This document shows positions 45,407 through 53,462 of a stretch of DNA of 64,000 bases, one piece after another. Below the pieces are notes generated by a model, which was not told where the DNA came from, searched no databases, and was given only the letters and a program-made list of their open reading frames with translations. The translations under genes and the position numbers were made by a program. Position 1 is the first letter of the stretch. Each line of letters opens with the position of its first letter. Origin of the DNA: Candidatus Avelusimicrobium bubulum (lineage in GTDB: Bacteria > Elusimicrobiota > Elusimicrobia > Elusimicrobiales > Elusimicrobiaceae); the NCBI GenBank assembly GCA_902798835.1, contig CADBYN010000001.1:46015-110014 (forward strand), written 5' to 3'.

Positions 45407-47395
45407 CTATTTTAGTTTCATTTGTTTTAATTCAAAGAGCCGATCTCGCAGTTCCGCGGCCAATTCAAAGTTGAGCGCATCGGCCGCATCGCGCATTTGC
45501 TGCTCGAGGTCTTTTTCTAAATGTTTGATATTTTTTGCCGTCGGCACAGGCAAACTCTCACTCAAAATGCCAAACGCACTCGTTTGCGCTTGGCGTTCAA
45601 ATTCTTTCAAATCGGCCTCTGTTTTTTGAATCGTTTTAGGCGTAATATGATGCTCTTTGTTATAGGCTTCTTGAATTTCACGCCGACGATTCATTTCATT
45701 AAGCGCGTATTTAATAGAGTCGGTTTTGCGGTCGGCATACAAAATTACTTCGCCCCCCACGTTACGTGCGGCACGCCCGGAAATTTGGATGAGCGTGGTG
45801 GTATTACGCAGGAATCCCTCGTTGTCGGCCCCTAAAATAGCCACCAAGCCCACTTGCGGGATATCAATCCCTTCGCGAAGTAAGTTAATGCCTACCAATA
45901 CATCAAATTCCCCCTGGCGAAATTGTTTTAAGATTTCCACCCGCTCTAACGACTCAATATCACTATGCAGATAGCGGGTTTTAATCTTTTTTTGTACAAA
46001 ATACTCGCTTAAATCTTCGGCTGTTTTTTTGGTAAGCGCCAACACGAGCGTACGCTCGTTACGTTTATTATGCTCGGCAATTTTTTCAACCAGATGATCA
46101 ATTTGCCCGGCCGTGGGATGCAAAATTACTTTAGGATCCACCAGCCCGGTGGGGCGGATGACTTGTTCCACGATATGGTTCCCGCTTACCGTAAGTTCGT
46201 ACGGCCCCGGCGTAGCAGACACAAATACGGTAGAGGGAAGTAATTTTTCAAATTCGTCAAATTTAAGCGGACGATTGTCCAGCGCTGAGGGCAAGCGAAA
46301 CCCAAAATCAATAAGCATCTGCTTGCGCGCACGGTCGCCGTTGAACATCCCGCGCACTTGCGGCAGCGCCACGTGCGACTCGTCCACAAACATCAAAAAA
46401 TCATCGAAGCGTCTAAAATAATCGAGTAAACATTGCGGACGCTCACCGGGTTTACGTCCGTCCATATAGCGCGAATAGTTTTCAATGCCGCTGCAAAAAC
46501 CCGCTTGGCGGATCATCTCCAGGTCGTATTCCGTGCGTTGTTTAAGACGGTATGCTTCCATTTCTTTGCCTTGCGCAATTAACTCTGCGTGGCGAACTGC
46601 TAAATCTTGTTCAATTTGCGTGAGCGCATTTTGCGTGTCCTCATCCGTTGCCACAAAGTGCTTAGCCGGGTAAATCCACGCCTCGTCTAGTTCCATAATT
46701 ACGTTTCCCGTAATGGGGTGAATTTCATAAATATGCGCGATTGTTTTACCTGCAATTTCCACGCGAATAGCGTTTTGTGAATACGGCGTCATCACGTCCA
46801 CAAACGGGCCCCGCATACGAAACGCCCCCGAAGTAAACTCCAGCTCATCGCGCCGGTATTGAATTTTAATTAAATGGCCGGAAAGTTGCCCGCGTGTCAT
46901 CTCGGCTCCTTTTTTGACATAGATGCGCATTTCGTTAAAACTATCCGGCGAGCCGATATTGTAAATGCACGAAACCGACGCCACTACAATGACATCTTTG
47001 CGCATAAGTAAAGACGTGGTGGCTTTTAGACGCAACTTATCAATCTGGTCATTAACGGCAGAATCTTTTTCGATATAGGTATCCGTTTGCGGTATGTACG
47101 CTTCGGGCTGATAGTAATCGTAATAGGAAATAAAATATTCCACGGCGTTATGTGGGAAAAATTGTTTGAACTCGGCATATAACTGGGCAGCCAATACTTT
47201 ATTGGGCGATAAAATAAGCGTGGGGCGATTTAATTTTTGAATAACGTTTGCCATCGTAAACGTCTTGCCCGAACCGGTCACCCCCAAAAGTGTCTGGCGC
47301 TTCTCTCCGGCCAGCACCCCTTTAACAAGTGCATCGATGGCTTTGGGCTGATCCCCCGCCGCAGTAAAATTAGAAACAAGTTCAAACCGGTCCAT
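45407..47395 (-). CDS. uvrB: excinuclease ABC subunit B
   Basis: Start moved to MDRFELVSNFTAAGDQPKAI (canonical UvrB N-terminus). GVTGSGKT Walker A, DESH box, C-terminal UVR domain. Confidence 0.95.
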   Translation of the reverse strand: MDRFELVSNFTAAGDQPKAIDALVKGVLAGEKRQTLLGVTGSGKTFTMANVIQKLNRPTLILSPNKVLAAQLYAEFKQFFPHNAVEYFISYYDYYQPEAYIPQTDTYIEKDSAVNDQIDKLRLKATTSLLMRKDVIVVASVSCIYNIGSPDSFNEMRIYVKKGAEMTRGQLSGHLIKIQYRRDELEFTSGAFRMRGPFVDVMTPYSQNAIRVEIAGKTIAHIYEIHPITGNVIMELDEAWIYPAKHFVATDEDTQNALTQIEQDLAVRHAELIAQGKEMEAYRLKQRTEYDLEMIRQAGFCSGIENYSRYMDGRKPGERPQCLLDYFRRFDDFLMFVDESHVALPQVRGMFNGDRARKQMLIDFGFRLPSALDNRPLKFDEFEKLLPSTVFVSATPGPYELTVSGNHIVEQVIRPTGLVDPKVILHPTAGQIDHLVEKIAEHNKRNERTLVLALTKKTAEDLSEYFVQKKIKTRYLHSDIESLERVEILKQFRQGEFDVLVGINLLREGIDIPQVGLVAILGADNEGFLRNTTTLIQISGRAARNVGGEVILYADRKTDSIKYALNEMNRRREIQEAYNKEHHITPKTIQKTEADLKEFERQAQTSAFGILSESLPVPTAKNIKHLEKDLEQQMRDAADALNFELAAELRDRLFELKQMKLK

Positions 47396-47401
47396 AAATA
47401 T

Positions 47402-47407
47402 ATTGTA
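47402..47407 (-). promoter_or_regulatory. -10 hexamer TACAAT, 6 nt upstream of uvrB ATG (leaderless geometry)
   Basis: Reverse strand reads GG-TACAAT-ATATTT-ATG 47395. No SD. Confidence 0.4.
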
Positions 47408-47501
47408 CCTAATAAAACGACACACGCCGCTACGTGTTTATTTTATATACTATTATATATCTGTTACAAGCGGTCATGTCCGCGATAGGAGACCCCCTAC
47501 T

Positions 47502-48182
47502 ATGGAGTGGAGCGTAGTCATTAACTCGTTTATCGGTATTATTGCCATTTTAAACCCAATCGGAAACGTACCGATTTTTTTGGAACATGTAGAAAACGAA
47601 ACCCCCAAAGTGCAACGCTTGGTGGCCATCTTGATGGCTTGTTCTATTTTTTGTTTGCTGCTTATTTTCTTTCTGTGCGGGAACCGTTTGCTCACCATGT
47701 TTGGGATTACTATCCCTGCATTTAGATTAGCCGGGTCCATCGTTATTTTGCGCGTAGGGTTGCGCATGTTACAAGGAAAAAGCAAATTTGAAAACAGCGG
47801 CATGGAAACCGCAGCCGCTTCCGGCACTACCTTTGAAAAAGCACGTAACAGCTTAAGCCATATTCTCGTTCCCGTGGCGATGCCTTTGTTTATCGGCCCG
47901 GGCTCTATTACGACGGTTATTTTGTACGCCGAAAAAAGCACTACATTTCTAATGTCGATGAGTATGGTTTTTGTGCTTTTTGTCAGCGCGTGTGTGGTAG
48001 GAGCCTGTTTGGTGGGAGCCCGTTGGATTTTTAGCAAAATCGGACGCAACGGTACGCAGATTGTAATTCGCTTTATGGGTATGATTTTGTGTGCGATCGC
48101 CATGCAATTTATGATTGACGGCGTAGCGCAATTATTGCCCGGCGTGTTAAACGACAGCTTTGTACACGTGCATGTCAATTAA
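47502..48182 (+). CDS. MarC-family (UPF0056) integral membrane protein
   Basis: Start moved to MEWSVVINSFIGIIAILNPIGNVPIF (family N-terminal motif). AGGAGA SD 9 nt upstream. Confidence 0.8.
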   Translation: MEWSVVINSFIGIIAILNPIGNVPIFLEHVENETPKVQRLVAILMACSIFCLLLIFFLCGNRLLTMFGITIPAFRLAGSIVILRVGLRMLQGKSKFENSGMETAAASGTTFEKARNSLSHILVPVAMPLFIGPGSITTVILYAEKSTTFLMSMSMVFVLFVSACVVGACLVGARWIFSKIGRNGTQIVIRFMGMILCAIAMQFMIDGVAQLLPGVLNDSFVHVHVN

Positions 48183-48206
48183 TCCTTTCTAAGCTAAGCA
48201 AGAAAA

Positions 48207-48215
48207 TGCTATAAT
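48207..48215 (+). promoter_or_regulatory. extended -10 (TGcTATAAT) promoter for tRNA-Val
   Basis: TGC-TATAAT (48210-48215). The tRNA starts 16 nt downstream. Confidence 0.5.
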
Positions 48216-48230
48216 AGAGTATACCTTTTA

Positions 48231-48302
48231 GGGCAGTTGGCGCAGCGGTAGCGCGTCCGCCTCACACGCGGAAGGTCACAGGTTCAAATCCTGTACTGCC
48301 CA
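48231..48302 (+). tRNA. tRNA-Val (CAC)
   Basis: Hand-folded: acceptor GGGCAGT/ACTGCCC, D stem GCGC/GCGC, anticodon stem TCCGC/GCGGA with loop CTCACAC, T arm ACAGG-TTCAAAT-CCTGT, discriminator A. CCA not encoded. Confidence 0.9.
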
Positions 48303-48307
48303 AATTT

Positions 48308-48333
48308 AAAATCCACCCTTGCGGTGGGTTTTT
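48308..48333 (+). terminator. rho-independent terminator after tRNA-Val
   Basis: AAAAT-CCACC-cttgc-GGTGG-GTTTTT. Confidence 0.7.
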
Positions 48334-48464
48334 AATTTGGTAAAGTAGGCGGGCAAACTGCTTTGCCCGCGGCAGGATTTGAAAGGCGCAGCGATGTTTT
48401 TGTTTGCGAAGCAAGGCAAAAACCGCGAGCCCGGCCTGCAGGAAAACTTCGTCAGAAGTTTTAC

Positions 48465-48492
48465 CGGAAGGCAAATCCCCTACTGCCCATAT
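48465..48492 (+). repeat. degenerate partial copy of the tRNA-Val 3' third
   Basis: CGGAAGG-CAAATCCcctACTGCCCAtAT aligns to tRNA positions 48269-48305 with 25/28 identities and one 9-nt gap (the T-arm 5' strand is missing). Confidence 0.65.
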
Positions 48493-48499
48493 TTTTCTT

Positions 48500-48536
48500 C
48501 TTAATTCAAAATCCCCCTGCACAAGCAGGGGGATTT
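48500..48536 (-). terminator. rho-independent terminator after the POT transporter gene
   Basis: AAATCCCCCTGC-acaa-GCAGGGGGATTT, a 12-bp stem, followed on the minus strand by TTGAATTAAG. Confidence 0.7.
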
Positions 48537-48559
48537 GGTCACATAAATAACGGGTACGT

Positions 48560-49873
48560 TTATTTAATACCGTTCATCCACTTAATAACGTACTTCTTAA
48601 TGGACAATAGCAGCAGTCCTCCTATGACCGGCATAATCACCAGCGTAGAGAAGAAGCGTATGTTGGAAATATGGCCAAAGTAACCAGAGTAGAAACCTGC
48701 GGTAAAGTTAGCCGCAGCGTTAGCTAAGAACCATGTTCCCATCAAGAGTGAGGCAAAGCGAAGAGGGGCCAACTTGGTCACCAAAGACAACCCCACAGGG
48801 CTTAAACATAATTCGCCCATGGTGTGGAACATATAGGCGAAAATCAGCCAGAAAATGCCCACTTTGGCATCGGTCGTTTGGATGACGTACGAAGCTGCCA
48901 CTAAGATCAAAAAGCCAAAGGCTAGACACATAAAACCCCATACAAACTTAGCAGGCGTAGAGGGCTCTAATCCTTTTTTGGCCAAGTTAATCCACAACTT
49001 GGAGAACAACGGTGCGAACAAGATAATGAACATCGGGTTCACACTTTGGAACCAAGAAGTAGGCATCTGCCAACCGAAGATAACGCGGTCGGTAAATTTT
49101 TCGGCAAAGATGGTCAAGGAAGCACCGGCTTGCTCGAACGCGGACCAGAAGAAAATGCTGAAAAACGCCATAATAAAGATTACGGCAATACGTTGCCACT
49201 CGGCGGTAGTAAGCGGGGCATTGGGGTGCTCCAATCTTTCTTCTTTGGTCAGTTTTTTGGGCTTTTTACCTTGTCCTTGCAAGTGCTTATTTTTACCCCA
49301 AATAAAAATAATCAAGCCAATAATCATCCCAAAACCGGCTGCAGCAAACCCCCAGCCAAAGCCAATCTTCTCCGCCAGCGTACCAGCTACAAAGTTGCAG
49401 ATAAACGCACCCAGGTTAATACCCATATAAAAAATGGTAAACCCGGCATCGCGGCGAGGGTCATTTTCTTCATATAGCTCCCCAACGATGGTAGAGATAT
49501 TCGGTTTGAAAAATCCGTTACCGACAACTAAGAAAAACAATCCCGCATATAAGAAAGACAACGTAGGATTTGCAGCCAACGAAAATTGTCCGAGGGCGAT
49601 TAAAATTCCACCCACAATAATAGCGCGGCGTTGACCCCAAAATTTATCTGCGATATAACCACCGATTAAGGGGCTCAAGTAAATCAAGCTGGTAACAATA
49701 CCATATAATTTACTGGCATGGGTTTCGGAAAACTGCATTACTTTAATCAAATACAGTACTAAGATACCACGCATAGCGTAGTAGCTAAACCGTTCCCACA
49801 TTTCCGTTAAAAACAGTACGTACAAGCCGGTAGGCTGCCGATCTGTCTTCACGGTTACTGCTTGTGAAGTCAT
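48560..49873 (-). CDS. proton-dependent oligopeptide transporter (POT/PTR2 family)
   Basis: 437 aa. Signature FLTEMWERFSYYAMRGILVLYL and GGYIADKFWGQRR. AAGGAGAA SD. Confidence 0.85.
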   Translation of the reverse strand: MTSQAVTVKTDRQPTGLYVLFLTEMWERFSYYAMRGILVLYLIKVMQFSETHASKLYGIVTSLIYLSPLIGGYIADKFWGQRRAIIVGGILIALGQFSLAANPTLSFLYAGLFFLVVGNGFFKPNISTIVGELYEENDPRRDAGFTIFYMGINLGAFICNFVAGTLAEKIGFGWGFAAAGFGMIIGLIIFIWGKNKHLQGQGKKPKKLTKEERLEHPNAPLTTAEWQRIAVIFIMAFFSIFFWSAFEQAGASLTIFAEKFTDRVIFGWQMPTSWFQSVNPMFIILFAPLFSKLWINLAKKGLEPSTPAKFVWGFMCLAFGFLILVAASYVIQTTDAKVGIFWLIFAYMFHTMGELCLSPVGLSLVTKLAPLRFASLLMGTWFLANAAANFTAGFYSGYFGHISNIRFFSTLVIMPVIGGLLLLSIKKYVIKWMNGIK

Positions 49874-49947
49874 GTTTTTTCTCCTTACTAATCTAAACAG
49901 GTACTTTTCTATTTTACCAAATTATGAGCCAGGACGGACGAAGAATT

Positions 49948-50325
49948 TCAAAATGCACCCAACGATTGAACGCTTTGCAGGCCATTTTCCAACTCGGAAA
50001 GATTTCCCAAAAGCAACTGCATAGATTGCTTTGTCAGCGTGAAAATATGCACCAGGGAGTAGATTAAATAGAAACCCACTATCAAAAGAATGACGGTGTA
50101 GATAATTTTGGCAGCCGGGCTGAGTACTTTGCTCATCCACACAAACGGCAAGGCAAACGGGCCAAGCACTAATCCCATTAAAATAATTCCGGCGTGCGTG
50201 AATAAAAAACCTTGCCCGGGCTTAAGGCTCTTCCCGCACGCATGACAATAATTGTCGGTGTCGCGGATTTCGGCGTGACAGCGTTTGCAGAAAAGAGGCT
50301 GCGCAGGCGTTTCCAATTCGTTCAT
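49948..50325 (-). CDS. zinc-ribbon membrane protein (hypothetical)
   Basis: 125 aa. N-terminal CKRCHAEIRDTDNYCHACG followed by hydrophobic helices (GIILMGLVLGPFALPFVW, IIYTVILLIVGFYLIYSLV). ATGA overlap with the rel stop. Confidence 0.55.
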   Translation of the reverse strand: MNELETPAQPLFCKRCHAEIRDTDNYCHACGKSLKPGQGFLFTHAGIILMGLVLGPFALPFVWMSKVLSPAAKIIYTVILLIVGFYLIYSLVHIFTLTKQSMQLLLGNLSELENGLQSVQSLGAF

Positions 50326-51773
50326 AAATCGATCCCTTTACCACGCAAAAAGCGTTTAATATGGCTGCGGGCGTTAGCGGTTTTGGCAAACTCCAGCCAG
50401 TCGCGCTTAGGCTCGCCATTTTTGCGGGTGATAATTTCGCACACGTCGCCCGTCTTAAAATTGTAATCCATACGCACCATGCGGTTATTGACGCGGGCTC
50501 CTACATAATGATCGCCAATGTCCGTGTGAATAGCATACGCAAAATCGATGGGGGTAGACCCTTCCGGCAACGATTTCACGTCCGCGCGCGGCGTAAAAAC
50601 GAAAATTTGCTGCAAGTTGACGTCTGTTTTAAATCCCTCCAAAAATTCGCGCGGTGCGGTTAGATCTTGCTGCCACTCAATCCAACGGCGGATCCAGTTA
50701 ATTTTTTCATCAAAGTTTTTATCTTGTTTTACGTTCCCCAGTTTATAGCGCCAATGCGCGGCGATACCGTATTCGCACGTTTTGTGCATTTCTTCGGTGC
50801 GGATTTGAATTTCAATAATATCTCCTGTCGGCGATAAAACAGTAGTGTGAATACTTTGGTACATATTAGCTTTAGGTGTAGCAATATAATCGGTAAATGT
50901 ACCCGCAATCGGCTTGAATACGCTGTGCACTAATCCCAGCGCGCGGTAACAATCCGGTACCGTTTTAGTAATAATGCGCACTCCCAAAGAATCTTGGATT
51001 TCCGCAAAGCTGCAATTATGCTTTTTCATCTTGCGATAAATGGAATAATAGTTTTTGGCGCGCGCTAAAATGCGCGAGTCCAAATGCTCGGCCTCAAGCG
51101 CCGGAGCCAGGGCTTGTTTGAACGCCTCCAGCGCAGCTTGCCGGTCGGCGGTGCGGGCTTCCACCTGTGATTTAATATCCTCGTATAGGTCAGGGTACAG
51201 GTACTTAAAAGATAAATCTTCCAAATCGGTTTTGATGGTGAACATCCCCAACCGCTGGGCCAGCGGCGCATAGAGTGAGATTGTTTCGTACGCTTTGAAT
51301 TGTTGCTTTTCCGGCGACATATATTGCAGCGTACGCATATTGTGCGTGCGGTCGGCAAGCTTAATTAAAATAACGCGCACGTCTTCGGCCACGGCAATAA
51401 GCATTTTGCGCCAATTTTCCACGGTTTCTTCATCGGTGGAATTAAATTTCAGGTCACTAATTTTAGTAACGCCCTGCACCATGTGGGCAATTTCTTTGTT
51501 AAATTCTTTGCGGATGTCTTCGAGCGTAACGCCGGTATCTTCCACCGTGTCATGTAAAAGGCCGGCACAAATCGTGTCGGCATCCAGGTTAAAGTCCATT
51601 AAAATATTGGCCACGTGGCAGCAATGGATAAAGTACGGCTCGCCGCTTTCGCGCTTTTGGTCTTTATGGGCGTTTTGGGCAAAGTGATACGCCTTCTCAA
51701 TCAGCGAAGTATCTTGATTGGGGTTGTACTCTTTAAACTTAGCAAGCAATGCTTTCAAATCGGGCGCGTTCAT
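50322..51773 (-). CDS. rel: bifunctional (p)ppGpp synthetase/hydrolase, short form ending after the TGS domain
   Basis: 483 aa. HD hydrolase (HCCHVANIL, LHDTVEDT), synthetase region (YIATPKANMYQSIHTTV), TGS (IFVFTPRADVKSLPEGSTPIDFAYAIHTDIG). No ZFD or ACT/RRM region. Confidence 0.85.
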   Translation of the reverse strand: MNAPDLKALLAKFKEYNPNQDTSLIEKAYHFAQNAHKDQKRESGEPYFIHCCHVANILMDFNLDADTICAGLLHDTVEDTGVTLEDIRKEFNKEIAHMVQGVTKISDLKFNSTDEETVENWRKMLIAVAEDVRVILIKLADRTHNMRTLQYMSPEKQQFKAYETISLYAPLAQRLGMFTIKTDLEDLSFKYLYPDLYEDIKSQVEARTADRQAALEAFKQALAPALEAEHLDSRILARAKNYYSIYRKMKKHNCSFAEIQDSLGVRIITKTVPDCYRALGLVHSVFKPIAGTFTDYIATPKANMYQSIHTTVLSPTGDIIEIQIRTEEMHKTCEYGIAAHWRYKLGNVKQDKNFDEKINWIRRWIEWQQDLTAPREFLEGFKTDVNLQQIFVFTPRADVKSLPEGSTPIDFAYAIHTDIGDHYVGARVNNRMVRMDYNFKTGDVCEIITRKNGEPKRDWLEFAKTANARSHIKRFLRGKGIDL

Positions 51774-52909
51774 AAGTCCCCCAAAATATCTGCGGCCGCA
51801 CGCTTTGCCACACCCGGCTCGCCCAAACTCTGCCGCAAGGCTAAAAGCTCGCGGTGCATATCCGCCAATTTTTGCGGATGAGCAAACATATCCTGCGTGA
51901 GCGCGCTACAGTTTTGAACTGAAGCCCTCCATTGGATTAGTTCTTTGACCAACGGCCTATTCACCAGCAAATTCACCAACGAAATATATTTTACTTTTAT
52001 CACCAATCCGGCGATCAAAAATGTGGGCCAAAACATCTTATAAGCCACCAGCATCGGTACTCCCAAAAGGGCATTTTCTAACGTGGCCGTACCGGAACAC
52101 GCCAGCAAAAAATCCATCTGCGCGCGCATTTTGTAATCGGTTTCTTTAACAAAATGGAAATTTGCCGGGGGCTGTTCGCCCAGCAGTTTAATAAAATCTT
52201 GCTCGTTAGCGTCCGGCAGTAAGAAAATATACGCCTGCGTGTTGGGATATGTTTTGCAGATTTCTTTGAACGTTTGGTAAAACACCGGCGTTAGGCGCGT
52301 GATTTCCCCGCGGCGACTGCCGGGCAAAATTCCCAATTTCCAAGCGTACGTTTTAGGATCTTTGATATCAAAATTTTTAGATAGCGGCGCGGGCATTTTA
52401 TCCAAGAGCGGGTTGCCTAAAAACACCGCATTTCCCCCGCGCTCTTTGTGAAAGGCCGGCTCAAACGGATAAATCACATACATCTTTTTGGTAAGCGCCG
52501 CCAGCCGTTTAGCACGGTATTGGCGCGACGCCCATACCTGCGGTGTAACGTAATAATAGGCGGGTATATTTTCTTCTTTGGCTACTTTTAAAAACTGATG
52601 ATTAAGCCCGTAATAGTCCACCGCAATAAATGCCGCGGGTTTTTGGGTTTGTAAAATCGTACGCACTTGTTTGATGAGCTTGAAAAACAACGGAAGTTTT
52701 TTGAGGGGCTCTACAAACCCCGATATGCCTTCGCTGGCCAAGTCTATCACAAATTCGTCGGCACATTCTTTAAGGCGCGGCCCGCCGATGGCAATCACGC
52801 GCACGGACGGGTCCAGCTCTTTGATGGCGCGCACTAAATTGGCGGCGTGAATATCGCCGGATATATCCCCTGCGGAAATTAAAATCGTTTTGCCGGACGT
52901 TTGTGTCAT
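51770..52909 (-). CDS. lpxB: lipid-A-disaccharide synthase
   Basis: 379 aa. ISAGDISGD N-terminus, SGTATLE motif. ATGA overlap with the rel start. Confidence 0.85.
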   Translation of the reverse strand: MTQTSGKTILISAGDISGDIHAANLVRAIKELDPSVRVIAIGGPRLKECADEFVIDLASEGISGFVEPLKKLPLFFKLIKQVRTILQTQKPAAFIAVDYYGLNHQFLKVAKEENIPAYYYVTPQVWASRQYRAKRLAALTKKMYVIYPFEPAFHKERGGNAVFLGNPLLDKMPAPLSKNFDIKDPKTYAWKLGILPGSRRGEITRLTPVFYQTFKEICKTYPNTQAYIFLLPDANEQDFIKLLGEQPPANFHFVKETDYKMRAQMDFLLACSGTATLENALLGVPMLVAYKMFWPTFLIAGLVIKVKYISLVNLLVNRPLVKELIQWRASVQNCSALTQDMFAHPQKLADMHRELLALRQSLGEPGVAKRAAADILGDL

Positions 52910-52968
52910 ACGCGTACCTTTTCTACATTATACCTCATATTTTGGCGTTTTGGATAGCAAAAGCCTCT

Positions 52969-52996
52969 TTGACAACCCTGTTTAGATTGGTATAAT
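52969..52996 (+). promoter_or_regulatory. consensus sigma70 promoter positioned for a leaderless ndk mRNA
   Basis: TTGACA (52969-52974), 16-nt spacer, TATAAT (52991-52996), then GTTTGT and ATG 53003. No SD. Confidence 0.6.
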
Positions 52997-53002
52997 GTTT
53001 GT

Positions 53003-53461
53003 ATGAAAGAACGTTGCCTGGTACTCATTAAACCCGACGCGCTGGAAAAGCGGCTTACGGGAGTGATTTTGGATCGGCTGGAACGGCTGGAGTTAGATGT
53101 AATAGCTGCCAAAGCTCTTACACCGACGGAAGATTTAATCCGCGCGCACTATCAACATTTAGCAGGCAAACCGTTTTTAGAAAGTGTAGTGCGTTATATG
53201 CTGGGCGATTATAACCCCGGCGCCAAGCGCAAAATTTTGGCTTTTATATTTCAAGGAGAGGACGCTGTAGCTAAAATACGGCGCACGGTAGGGGCTACCA
53301 ACCCCAACAATGCCGCCCCGTGGACTATCCGCGGTAATTTTGGCAAAGTAGATGCGCAGGCCGACATCGTGTACAACTGCGTGCACGCCTCCGACAACGC
53401 GCAAGACGCACAGCGCGAAATTGCCTTGTGGTTTGAACCGCAAGAAGTATTGGACGCTTAA
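53003..53461 (+). CDS. ndk: nucleoside-diphosphate kinase
   Basis: 152 aa. LVLIKPDA, TIRGNFG, NCVHASD (active-site His), REIALWF. Confidence 0.9.
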   Translation: MKERCLVLIKPDALEKRLTGVILDRLERLELDVIAAKALTPTEDLIRAHYQHLAGKPFLESVVRYMLGDYNPGAKRKILAFIFQGEDAVAKIRRTVGATNPNNAAPWTIRGNFGKVDAQADIVYNCVHASDNAQDAQREIALWFEPQEVLDA

Positions 53462-53462
53462 T

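Noticed and set aside
47474-48178. 234-aa ORF antisense to almost the whole MarC-family gene
   Set aside because: The sense strand carries the family signature (NPIGNVPIF) and an SD. The antisense translation is Thr/Lys/Ile/Pro-rich with no motif, start context or terminator. It is a typical shadow ORF.
48262-48522. 86-aa minus-strand ORF and 106-aa plus-strand ORF (48363-48683) in the tRNA-Val / POT intergenic region
   Set aside because: The first runs through the tRNA-Val gene and starts (GTG) inside a terminator stem. The second starts at TTG and runs antisense into the POT gene. Neither has an SD or -10 context. The region is treated as non-coding (see the tRNA-Val finding).
48855-49430. 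191-aa and 143-aa ORFs antisense to the POT transporter gene
   Set aside because: The minus-strand POT signature is unambiguous. The antisense products are low-complexity with no SD or -10 context.
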